Below, one piece after another: positions 56,001 to 64,000 of a DNA stretch of 64,000 nt. A program made the translations under genes and the position numbers. Below the pieces are notes generated by a model, which saw nothing but the letters and a program-made list of their open reading frames with translations, had not been told where the DNA came from and did no database searches. Within the stretch, counting starts at the first letter, position 1; every line of letters starts with the position of its first letter. Source of the stretch: Ascidiella aspersa (taxonomy: Eukaryota); assembly GCA_963924565.1 (NCBI GenBank), contig OZ004610.1:28148001-28212000 (forward strand), in the 5' to 3' direction.

Positions 56001-59000
56001 GGAAAAGTGCGGAAATCTGTTGTTGATTTTGATTTGCGAGGCAAGCTTTTCTGCTTAATGCACACACGACCGGTATACGAGGATTTTTTTTGACAAGTAT
56101 GTTTCCGGCTATTTGCTTTCGAAATAAACGTTTTTTAAAGGTTTCAGACCAATTTTGATGTAAGCCCGTGTGGATGCCTTACGCATTCGATTCCGTGGGT
56201 CGTGAGTTCGATTCCAACTCTAACAGCAGTATCTACTGTTAAAATCTGCGTTTGTGCCATTGTGGGCTTTATTTTTAACGAGCGTGACCATTAAGTCTAA
56301 AGGTCATTTCAACGGCAGTGCTGTGCTGAAAATGTTGACGATTTCGCCTGATTTGTTTTGTAACGTACGCCGTTTGAACAGCGGCGTAAATTCGTCCCAA
56401 ATCCAAAAGATGACGCTTCTCTAATGTCACTTAACCACTATTTAAAGTTAACAACCGGTCGCGTGTGCTTATTTGCGACTTGGCCAAAAGCCAGGCAAAC
56501 GTAAACTCTCAAAACGGCCCCGAAATTAGCCCAAGACCTGGCTTGGCTTGAAACGACCGACGCCGGTCCAAGGACGACCGGTAATTACCATTCGATTACC
56601 AGGCCTTAGCAAATGCCGCCTTTGGTGCGGTGCCGGTGTTCTGTTTGAGCAGCGATTGGGTAGCGGCGTTTATGCGATAATAGTAGGTGGCCAAAGGATT
56701 TGGCTGGCTACAGTGTTTACTCTGTGATGCTGTACGGCACGTTAAATTGTGTTTAGGGTGGGATTTTGGGAAAATGAATGCAGGGGAGTTTTCAACATAT
56801 TTTTGTGCCAGAAATTTCGGCTCAACTTTGAAATATAAATTTGTTTTTGCGTATTTAACTAAATAAACAACGGGATTACTTGTTCTTTTTAGTTTTATCT
56901 TACCCTTTAGAAATTTACGCGGCGCCCTTTAGTTTTGCGTGGGTGGTGAGTTTGATCAGTGACTCGGCCAAAATTGAGTTGGCAAAAAAAACAAGAACAG
57001 AACAAAAAAACGGAGGCGTCATTTTTTTTCATTCTCCGCCGCACGTTCGTGACAACATGGGCGATGTTTGTTTTGCAATTAACAACGGCGGCCTTTTCAG
57101 TTCGCCGGAAGCGCGACTTTTTCAAGTGGCGATGCTGGCATCTGCCACTTTTAGGCTGACCCCTTCTCAAAGGCCTTGTTTGCATTTTGCCTGCCTTAAC
57201 CACTGGCCATTGCTTGTCGTTACGAGTGACCTTTACGTGAATAATCTTACAAGTACTATTTTTTCTCTGTTAGCGACGTTACGCAAACGATGTTTGTCGA
57301 AATGATCCGTTTTCTATGATGACACTATGGCGTCAGATTTGTTATTGAAGGACATTCACGACGGTACTCGCTATTTTTCTCTATTTGTCGCTTAACCTAA
57401 TTTTTTCATTTTTTTTCTTTATTGGATATTATTTGGGAGGTAGAGGGAAGGGGTCATCGTTATTCTGGGCCGTTTCGGTTAGACTGGTATAAAATACAGT
57501 TTAAAGAAAAAATGTCACCGTTTGATAATCAGACATGGACCTATACAGAAACATATGGGCTGTGAAAACGTTTATGATACTTTTGAGCATAATGGTATAA
57601 AAAAAATATATTCGAAAAGGAAAAAATATATATATTCGAAAGGTTCGAAATGCTACCATACTTCTGTATGGGCTCTTACTACGTTTTACGAAATTTCTTC
57701 TTCGTTCAAACGATATTCTCCAATCATTAGGCCCAAGTATCTTACCCCCCAAAAATTTTCTAAAAAGAAATAAAAAGCACCAGTACAATTATGCAACAAG
57801 TCCCATAAAAAAAAATCGAAAAAGGTCGTCACAAAAATATTTTTTGTAACGGGAGAGATTAACAATTCATCTTTGACTCAGATATTGATGAGTGTGTGGA
57901 GGGCACGAGCACATGCGGCGAGGGTTCGACCTGCATCAACGAAATCGGCAGCTTCAGGTGCCAGGACCCCATCGTTTGCCCCCAGGGGACCAGACCCAGT
58001 CGCAACCAGCGCTCATGCGTCGGTAAGTTTCACGCTCGAAATAGTTCGTTTTTAGGTGGATAGACTATGCACGGATCTGTAATGTAGCTTAAGAATGAAT
58101 GTCCTAATGAATGAACCCAAAATGGCCGATTAAATAGACACCGTCTTGATAAAGACGTGTTGATACGCTGTTTAACTGATGATGATGCAAATGCACATCG
58201 AAGCGTCGTTATCAATATGGCGTCAAATTACCCACCATGTTTTCCTTTTTTTTCTTTCTTGGTTGCGAAATATCAGAAAATACAAAAATTCTTTTGTATA
58301 GAGGTTAAACAAGCACGGTTTATATTTTTAAAATCAAAAGTATTAAGTACAGCTTAATGAACTTAAGTCCAGCTTAATGACAAAAAATATACTTTAGTTT
58401 GTACTAGTCTTGGCGATTTTTTATGTTCAATCAGTATCTAAAACACCACACACGGCCTAAATCAAGTACATATAGGCTTACAATATTGGTGCATTATTTT
58501 GTCAATAGAATTTTAACGATTGAGTTAAATATCGAGTGATTGTCGGACCGAGTAATGGACAAAGTGTCTCATAACAGAACAATAATAAAAACCCAGACTG
58601 CGAAATCCAAACATGCCTTGTTTAGTTTTATATATATATACAGATATCATCAACTTTCTGATCTGTGCGCAAATATGTTCGACGCGGAATTTCAAGAAAA
58701 AAAAATCGATTATTTCAAGCTTTTGGTAATTGAAAAGAGGCAAATCACTTAGTGAGCCGCTAAGTTTCTTAGGACCAAAGCTTTTAATTTATTCACGGGC
58801 ATACACGGATTTTCCTAGGCAGTCGTATACCGTTTACGCAACCACAGTACGGGGTTGGAAGAAAAATGATTTAGAATAATTGCCCGTTTTGCCAGCTTTA
58901 TCAAATACGTTTCAGTGATTTACTGCCAAAAATGTACTAATGGAAGTAGCCCTAGCCAATTAGGCTCCCCAAAGGCAACACAAACCTTCTAATCGCAATA

Positions 59001-62000
59001 AGCCAAAACGCAAACTTGTTAGCTTTGGCCGTCGCCTTGTCCCAAGGTTGCTCTAACCGCCCGCGTTGATTGAACGTCCTATTAGTTTAATAAGATTAAT
59101 GTCCCATTTTCCGCCCGTTACTGAAGATTATGACGGATAGCCACCTATTTTGTGTTTGTTTAGGGCCTTTCGTTGCCCAATGGGCCTACCGCTGCTTTGG
59201 CGGCGAAATATGATTAGCGAGCCCAGTTTAACGTGTTTGCCGAACTAATTTGTGCGGGCGATTTTCAGTCGCCGAAAGTCACACAAGTTTGGCACCGTTC
59301 GCCGCCTTGATTTTGCGTTCGTGTGTTTCGAGACATATTTCTTCGCTTTGACAATGGCGAAACTTCGAAGGGCTTATATAACGAAATGTATGGGGCCGGT
59401 GTATCATGATTTATTTTGAATTACGCTCGTACTTTAAACAAATCATTCATTTTTTAATAAAAATGTCTTTCAATACTTAATACTTGTAATAGTTTTGGCT
59501 AACGGACTCTTTCGGGAAAACAATAACTTCTGCCATTGTACGTACCATTAAAGTTGTAACTAAAGCCACAAATATAAGGTTGAAGCTAACCAAATCAGTT
59601 TGTTTGAATATTTCTAAACACATAAGGTTATTTAGGACGTGCTGTTTTAATATAAAAAGTATGACGAAAAAAAGCGTCATTATTTTTTCGGTCTGAATCG
59701 CACAAAAACCATAGCGCAAATAAAATGAAATTTGGTTCAAATCAGTCCGCCAAATAGTTTCGTTCAATCGTACTTTTTTTCTATCGCAAAATTCCAAAAA
59801 TGCACGTTTCGAGGTTTGATTTTTTGGGCGCCGTTCGCTTGCATTCTAGAGTTGCACGCTTCGATTCGGCCAAACCCTGTTGCAACACGCGGTCCCCACT
59901 CCCCTTTTAGCCCCCCAAAGAGAGTTCCCCAAAATAGTTGCCCCAAAAGCTTGACGTGCGTCGGAATGTTTTCACAACAAGCTTAGTCCGAACGCGCCTA
60001 CAAAAACACGGCACCTATCAGTCGAACCTACGTCTTAAGCGGTTTATGTGGGATTTTTCACCCTCTAAAAGATTTTTTTCGACCTTACGGATACCTGAGC
60101 ATTTTTTTTCGTTTTTCTAACTAACGTGATTTAAAAAATCTGTCATCTGTCACAATGCGTTTGGCTATAGTGGTTTGTCAAACGCACCACAAAAATCGCA
60201 TTTTCAACGGACGTTTCTTTAGAAAAACTTCCATCAGAAAAGTCGAATGCTATACAAGGCAAGTTATTAGTTGTTAAAAAAAAATTACAATGATATTATG
60301 AGCTATATTTATAATCATATGGTGATATATCTTCAACCGTGGGCCTGGGGCCCCCTGTGGTTTTGATTACGACCTCAGAAATAGGACAAAGTCTGGCATG
60401 CTTGCTGCCGGTCTATTTTTTATTGGTAATTCCTATTAGCAGTTGTTCTTGATAAGGTTGGACTGCATAAAAGTGCGTTCCGACAAAATAAGGTCAGACC
60501 GTCAGACGTGTTCCACCAATTTTTAGTTGGTCAGAGTTTGCCTTATCGCATTACCCTTTCGGGAACTAGTACCCAAGCCAAAAAAGTGACGTTAATTGGT
60601 TACTACAACAAAGTGTGACGTGTATTCCAACGAAAAGGGTTGCAGCTTGTCGAATGATCCATTTTTAAACAAACCGAGTAAAACGTTTGGCTACGTTAAA
60701 TGACAGCAGTGTATATTTTATAAAATTTGCTTATTTCAAGAGTTATAAACAAAACAAGACATTGTATTTTTCAATTAACCACATCAAAGCCTGATTATTT
60801 AACAAAATGTTGACAAATTGACGTTTCGGTAGCCAATGCCGTCATTAGTATATTTGAACATACACTTTAATTAAAGTTACTTCTCAAAAAGAACATTGTG
60901 GTGGAAGTAAGTAGATATCTTGTTTTCAAACATTTTGTTTATAACTAATCGTCCTATTTTACTGTGCGCCAGCTTCCACGAAAAAGCCTAGATTCACGCG
61001 AAAGATTGACGTCGAAAATCGCGCGATTTCTATGTTTCAACGCTATTTTCACACCTGTTCAGACGTGAACGAGTGCGAGGAGACCCCCGGCCGGTGCGGA
61101 AACGGAGGGGAGTGCGTCAACTTGCCCGGATCCTATCGTTGTGAGTGCATCAGGGGTTACAGGCAAGGCAGCAATGTAACGGACGGAGTGGAGACTTGTC
61201 ACGGTAAGCGGACATCTTATTTTTATATAATTTCTTTTTTTATTTTATTCAGAGACATTCGAAACGTTCAAAATGATACCTTATACTTTTGATATTCGTA
61301 TTACGTCTTACTACAACCGCCAACCATCATGCTCCAAAAAATAATTTTATATTGTTTTTAATATCGAGCATTTTTGACAATAAAGTTGGGAGCATAATGA
61401 TGGCCGGAGGAGAATGAATATGAAAGCACCTACAAAAGTAGCTAGAAGTTGAACTTTTGCATAAATCTTTGGCTTTCTGCGGTTCACGTTATTTGTGTTT
61501 TATTTGACATTAGTTTGGTTTATTTTTGTTATTTGTGATTTAAAAAATAAAACTGCTGAAATGCCTCAATGCTTCTGACTTTGTGCGAGGCTTTTGCTAA
61601 TTTAGTTGGACAAAGCAATTCCGCTGCGATTCTTAAAACGCCGCGAAGTGGTATTAATCGTTTTGCCGTGTTCGTAAATCCTCTTACGTATCTTTTTTGT
61701 AAACTCTAATTTTTTTCGTGCAACACGGTAGCAAAAGCAACCTTTTAAATGTAAACTTAAATCTTTAATTTAAATTAGCGAATACAAAAATGTTACTGCA
61801 GTAACAAAACAACGCTAAAAACTGGCAAAATAGAACACTTTGTGACTTCGTCTGAGCGGGCTTATCATGTTCAAAAAAAAGCCTGCGCACACACAATAGA
61901 GTTACTTCTCGATTGGACTATAGTTTGAAATACTCGCTTTATACGATTGCGTAAGGGTTTACAAAACCTTTCCGTTATTTTTTGTTCTTCCATACGGGAT

Positions 62001-63122
62001 TATTTCAGTCGTAACGTAATGTCGGGCCATAAACAACAAAGCGTACAATCGCCCACGCAAAGTATAATAAATTCTGCCTTTGATATTTGTTTTCCTTCTA
62101 GAGCGAAAAAGCTTTTTGTTCCTTGTCGAAAGGGCAACAAGCCCGTAATATTTACACATTACCCGAAATAACGCCGCGATGCACGAAAAATTGGCGCCGA
62201 TGCTAATGAAAAATTCCTTTCCCCCCTCGGTAAAAAGCAAAAAAGCAACATCGAGGTTGACTTGGCTAAAAATAACCTCGTAAGGCCGACATTAGGTTAT
62301 AATCTTGCACGCAAAGAAGGTCAAACTCTCGATTTTGGCGTTCTTGCGGCCGCTTCGGAAGGCTCTCGACTTTTAAGACGCCGCCCTCTCGTGTGACATC
62401 ACAATCGAGTGACGTAGTTGACCCTGAACTCGACGCTTTTCGAGGCCCTTCAGTTGGTGTGTTCAGGGGGGATTTGAATCGTCCCTTTCCTCGTTATTTA
62501 CGGGTGCGGTCGTCGCTTTAACAATAGGGTGACAAGAAATGAAAAATTGCGGCGTTAGTTTCAGAAACTTACATTTTTGACCGCGATTTTTATATTGGAA
62601 AGCTATACTCGGATTGCTGGGGAGTTAAAACCTCGTACCTGGGCCAATTGTAAGGGCATTAAAAGGGCTTTACAACGGACCCTTCTTTCAAGGTTGCCTT
62701 CTCGTACCCTTTTACCTTTGGCCAGTTTTCCATCTGTCGTAATTTATGTATAGAGGATTTAAAAGAGCGGTGACCTTAACTGTTTCTCAATGCAAATATA
62801 GGAAGGGATTTTTGTCGAAGTAAACGCTGCATTTAAAAAAAATCAGGTAAAGTTTTGCAAAGAGCGCTTACAGTATGTAAGATGCACCGAAATCTACCAA
62901 AATTTTGGGCAAAATTTTTTTCCCACCATGTATCGATAATTATCGCCCCGATCCGATAATATCGGGCGTCCCAGGCACTAAACCGTGTTTTTTCCTTGCC
63001 AGATATCAACGAATGCCGGATCCCGAACAGGCGTCCTTGCAACCACAAGTGCATGAACACTCCCGGAAGCTACACGTGCATTTGCCCAAGTGGATACCGA
63101 CTCAAAGGGAAGGCATGCGAAG
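4637..63122 (+). CDS. FBLN2: Fibulin-2-like ECM protein, 20 coding exons in window, 3' end (further cbEGF and fibulin C-terminal module) outside window
   Basis: Manual splice assembly with GT-AG boundaries and matching phases gives one open frame of 4774 nt. Domain order is signal peptide, Cys-rich Na, Cys-free Nb-like region, 3 anaphylatoxin modules, EGF array. The Na segments ([41 protein letters not shown]) resemble the vertebrate fibulin-2 N-terminus as I recall it. Orthology versus a fibulin-1/2 co-ortholog is untested. Confidence 0.88.
8277..8511 (+). CDS. FBLN2: Coding exon 2: start of Cys-rich Na domain ([12 protein letters not shown]...[20 protein letters not shown])
   Basis: Acceptor ttttcaccag|, donor GG|gtaaga. 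Phase 1 to 2. Confidence 0.92.
12303..12668. mobile_element. Family A copy in opposite orientation to the 24091 copy
   Basis: gataccggatgccaagtggtag... and ...tttggtatcggatc...cgcacatcaccc are reverse complements of the two ends of the 24091-24589 element. Confidence 0.65.
13188..13570 (+). repeat. Diverged ~70-bp direct repeat, two copies about 314 bp apart
   Basis: gcggtttcgagacagt...agtttcacattccg.aagccc at ~13195 and ~13510. Confidence 0.75.
16031..16123 (+). CDS. FBLN2: Coding exon 3: Na domain ([30 protein letters not shown])
   Basis: Acceptor tgttgcag|, donor AG|gtgacc. Phase 2-2. Fibulin-2 Na motif. Not called in this frame by the ORF track. Confidence 0.92.
18103..18385. mobile_element. 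Inverted-arm insertion (repeat family B) enclosing a hammerhead-bearing fragment; Penelope-like relic
   Basis: Left arm (~18128-18206) is the reverse complement of right arm (~18299-18365). The same family occurs at ~26611, 38899, 57530 and 61245. Confidence 0.65.
18217..18258 (+). ncRNA. Minimal type I hammerhead ribozyme-like motif (Penelope-type), intact core
   Basis: Reads ACC-CUGACGA-A-GGCGGC-uuguauag-GUUGCC-GAAA-CGUU-GGU. Confidence 0.7.
19757..20050 (+). repeat. 102-bp tandem repeat, about 3 copies
   Basis: cagatgtgcaaa recurs at 19781, 19883 and 19985. Confidence 0.9.
20745..20927 (+). CDS. FBLN2: Coding exon 4: Na domain (..[39 protein letters not shown])
   Basis: Acceptor attttcag|, donor AC|gtgagt. 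Phase 2-2. VWC-like Cys spacing. Confidence 0.9.
21199..21296 (+). CDS. FBLN2: Coding exon 5: end of Na domain ([26 protein letters not shown])
   Basis: Acceptor gttttcag|, weaker donor G|gttcgt. Phase 2 to 1. CxxCxC motif. Confidence 0.88.
21400..21828 (+). repeat. ~220-bp diverged tandem duplication including the exon 6 acceptor
   Basis: taggttt..gtaaag.ctggtgattaatatac occurs twice. cgaataac...ctattcacagacactct.cacacct occurs twice. Confidence 0.8.
21814..23827 (+). CDS. FBLN2: Coding exon 6 (2014 nt): Cys-free, Y/N/P/Q/G-rich disordered Nb-like region
   Basis: Contains the 658-aa ORF. Acceptor cattcacag|, donor GG|gtaagg. Phase 1 to 2. Confidence 0.92.
24091..24589. mobile_element. Non-autonomous element family A (gggatg...catccct ends, gtatcgg/ccgatac subrepeats)
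   Basis: Starts gggatgtccga and ends tcgaacatcccta. Homologous blocks at ~2105-2190, 5520-5620, 6520-6640, 12303-12668, 54048-54135 and 62880-62972. Confidence 0.7.
24660..24905. mobile_element. hAT-type (Charlie/Buster-like) non-autonomous MITE
   Basis: TIRs cagtgtttcccaaac / gtttaggaaccactg. 8-bp TSD tcctaggc / tcctgggc (7/8 match). Confidence 0.8.
24962..25116 (+). CDS. FBLN2: Coding exon 7: linker ([17 protein letters not shown]...PTSDM)
   Basis: Long pyrimidine tract acceptor, donor A|gtaaga. Phase 2 to 1. Confidence 0.85.
25672..25742 (-). repeat. Repeat family C (sequence that follows the 18217 hammerhead)
   Basis: Reverse complement matches aattac...agaggagctgtttttgatttata at 18264-18300. 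Confidence 0.65.
26611..26781. mobile_element. Family B copy with inverted arms and U3-A8 hammerhead-like motif (26665-26700)
   Basis: Arms 26611-26662 and 26691-26748 are reverse complements. Centre reads UG-UUGAAAA-U-GAAUAA-agag-UUAUUC-GAA-CGUU-CA. Confidence 0.65.
37743..37867 (+). CDS. FBLN2: Coding exon 8: anaphylatoxin module 1 ([15 protein letters not shown]...ICAVAQ)
   Basis: Acceptor tttgctttcag|, donor CAG|gtcggt. Phase 1 to 0. CCxxG motif. Confidence 0.88.
38024..38085 (+). mobile_element. tRNA-derived SINE head (degenerate)
   Basis: A-box-like tggtccgagtga, and B-box/T-arm gtgag-ttcgagt-ctcac with a 5-bp stem. No acceptor stem for a true tRNA. Confidence 0.45.
38442..38567 (+). 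CDS. FBLN2: Coding exon 9: anaphylatoxin modules 1/2 ([16 protein letters not shown]...CETEGFK)
   Basis: Acceptor tttcgcag|, donor AAG|gtaagc. Phase 0-0. Confidence 0.92.
38899..38962 (+). repeat. Degenerate family B copy
   Basis: tgttgaaaatcaataagagatattctaaacgtt...ctacttctgtatgggcttt matches family B. Confidence 0.6.
39594..40060. mobile_element. MITE with perfect 17-18 bp TIRs
   Basis: AGACTTGGACAACTAGA (39594-39610) pairs with TCTAGTTGTCCAAGTCT (40044-40060). Internal aattctaat-type subrepeats. A related right end lies near 3400-3469. Confidence 0.75.
42646..42718 (+). CDS. FBLN2: Coding exon 10: anaphylatoxin modules 2/3 ([16 protein letters not shown])
   Basis: Fibulin CCxCCxLG motif. 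Acceptor ttttcag|, donor G|gtaagc. Phase 0 to 1. Confidence 0.93.
42966..43028 (+). promoter_or_regulatory. Array of nuclear-receptor half-sites (DR5/DR2-like)
   Basis: GGGTCA-n5-AGGTTA, then GGGTCA-n5-AGTTTA-n5-AGGTCA-n2-CGGTCA. Confidence 0.35.
43418..43486 (+). CDS. FBLN2: Coding exon 11: end of anaphylatoxin module 3 ([15 protein letters not shown])
   Basis: Acceptor ttttggcag|, donor G|gtaggt. Phase 1-1. Confidence 0.9.
43882..43953 (+). CDS. FBLN2: Coding exon 12: Ser/Thr-rich 24-aa linker (possible cassette exon)
   Basis: Acceptor tttgttgcag|, donor G|gtaagt. 72 nt, phase 1-1, open. No domain motif. Confidence 0.7.
50107..50210. repeat. Family C copy as an inverted pair
   Basis: aaaaacagctcctctggtaattg ... 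caattaccagaggagctgttttt, followed by tattactatgcctggtagcaac (matches the 25672 copy). Confidence 0.7.
50951..51079 (+). CDS. FBLN2: Coding exon 13: EGF module 1 ([35 protein letters not shown])
   Basis: Six-Cys EGF. Acceptor cttctccag|, donor G|gtgagt. Confidence 0.93.
51172..51440. mobile_element. hAT-type non-autonomous MITE
   Basis: TIRs cagtgtttcttaac / gtttggaaacactg. Perfect 8-bp TSD gcttagga. Confidence 0.88.
53456..53593 (+). CDS. FBLN2: Coding exon 14: cbEGF ([12 protein letters not shown]...[14 protein letters not shown])
   Basis: cbEGF consensus with the fibulin-1/2-type CGTGY segment. Phase 1-1. Confidence 0.94.
54048..54135. mobile_element. Truncated family A end next to exon 15
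   Basis: tagggatgtccgataata...ggagccgatacccgat...ctcgtccgata. Confidence 0.65.
54186..54320 (+). CDS. FBLN2: Coding exon 15: cbEGF ([27 protein letters not shown])
   Basis: DIDEC and CxNxxGSFxC motifs. Phase 1-1. Confidence 0.94.
54829..54957 (+). CDS. FBLN2: Coding exon 16: cbEGF ([24 protein letters not shown])
   Basis: cbEGF consensus. Phase 1-1. Confidence 0.94.
55690..55830 (+). CDS. FBLN2: Coding exon 17: cbEGF ([22 protein letters not shown])
   Basis: cbEGF consensus. Phase 1-1. Confidence 0.94.
57530..57690. repeat. Degenerate family B copy
   Basis: tattcgaaaggttcgaaatgctaccatacttctgtatgggctcttacta, plus an upstream reversed cctatacagaa. Confidence 0.5.
57882..58022 (+). CDS. FBLN2: Coding exon 18: cbEGF ([22 protein letters not shown])
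   Basis: cbEGF consensus. Phase 1-1. Confidence 0.94.
58160..58215 (+). ncRNA. Degenerate hammerhead-like motif
   Basis: CUGAUGA-U-GAUG-caaaugca-CAUC-GAAG-CGUC with flanking uugaua/uaucaa pairing. GAAA is changed to GAAG. Confidence 0.5.
60814..60856 (-). ncRNA. Degenerate hammerhead-like motif
   Basis: Minus strand reads CAAAU..-CUAAUGA-C-GGCA-uuggc-UACC-GAAA-CGUC-A-AUUUG. G5 is changed to A. Confidence 0.45.
61063..61203 (+). CDS. FBLN2: Coding exon 19: cbEGF ([24 protein letters not shown])
   Basis: cbEGF consensus. Phase 1-1. Confidence 0.94.
61245..61445. repeat. Family B copy with degenerate inverted second arm
   Basis: attcgaaacgttcaaaatgatacc...tattacgtcttactacaa...ccatcatgctccaa, followed by reversed ttgggagcataatgatgg. 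Confidence 0.6.
63003..63122 (+). CDS. FBLN2: Coding exon 20: cbEGF ([28 protein letters not shown])
   Basis: cbEGF consensus. Donor G|gtaggc. Gene continues beyond window. Confidence 0.94.
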
Positions 63123-64000
63123 GTAGGCCTCTACGCCTGTGTGTATAGTGTGTATAGTTAGGCGTGGGTTAGTTTCGGGTTGGTTTGTGACCCGGCTGGG
63201 GTAATTTTAATGTTGGAATAAGAGCAAGCGTGCGGTCAAGATAGTGATAGGAGTTTGACTTTTTTTCTTGCTATATATGTGGCGGCCCTTTTTGGTTGGA
63301 CCTAAAGATTTTCGATATTTTTTGAACGTCTGATTTTTAATCAAAAATCCGGTGGGCCTTCGGGTTTAACACAGATTAGCTACAGTACGACTTGAGCAAA
63401 AACTAAGACGTTCAGTTTTCCTTTGGATAAACCCATTAGAAGCCCAGTTCACCTTTGGGTAAAATTAGGATTTAGTCCAGTGGGCCTTTGGATAGTTAAA
63501 GTCCAGTTAGACTTTTGGTAAAGTATCAAGTTGGCCTTGTAGGGGGAAACAGGTGCAAGCAACATTATTTAAAACGTGTCTTCCATGCAGGTTGCGTGGC
63601 CCTAAGCCGTATCGTTTTCCTAACCCCTGAACGAGTTTAAAAGAACGGCCTTGGTCTCTGCTAACTGCATCAGAATAGGGTAATTAGGTGGCACTATATA
63701 TAAAAAATTGTATTAAATTCTCGACAAGCATTCGCACAACCGTGCTTTATCAAGTCAAAGTAGAAATGAAAGCAATTAAAGTGCACGAAGTAGAAGCACA
63801 AGTGCGAGTAAAAGGCGATAAGAATGATGATTTCTAACATATCCACATGCTCGCACAGACGTGTGTGACTGACTCAAAAACAATAAATAACTGGAGGTCT
63901 GGGTGTAGAAAAGTGTGCTGCGAGGCGTAGCATGACATACATCAGGAAGTCACTTTGTGGCTGTTTGAATCTCCCGGAGCCGTGTAGAAGGCACGACCAA

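Noticed and set aside
56160-56222. B-box-like gagttcgattcc, possible tRNA
   Set aside because: No cloverleaf. At most a decayed SINE fragment.
1-64000. CRISPR arrays, operons or other prokaryotic systems
   Set aside because: The sequence is a spliceosomal-intron eukaryotic locus. No repeat-spacer array seen.

Overview
Eukaryotic genomic DNA, AT-rich but not CpG-depleted. This suggests an invertebrate, possibly a tunicate-like chordate (inference only). One intron-rich + strand gene dominates the window, encoding a fibulin-2-like extracellular matrix protein. I assembled 20 coding exons by hand (4637-63122; 4774 nt, about 1591 codons; all introns GT-AG with consistent phases). They encode a signal peptide, a low-complexity extension with basic cleavage sites, the fibulin-2 Cys-rich Na domain and a Cys-free Tyr/Asn/Pro/Gln/Gly-rich region (2-kb exon). 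Three anaphylatoxin modules and eight EGF/cbEGF modules follow, and the gene runs off the right edge. The introns hold hAT-type MITEs with 8-bp TSDs, other TIR elements, a 102-bp tandem repeat and a tRNA-like SINE head. The most notable non-coding signal is a set of minimal type I hammerhead-ribozyme-like motifs of the Penelope-retroelement kind. They come from several unrelated sequence contexts and include a repeat family with a compensatory U3-A8 core. Two local duplications copy splice sites. Most other ORFs in the track look spurious.
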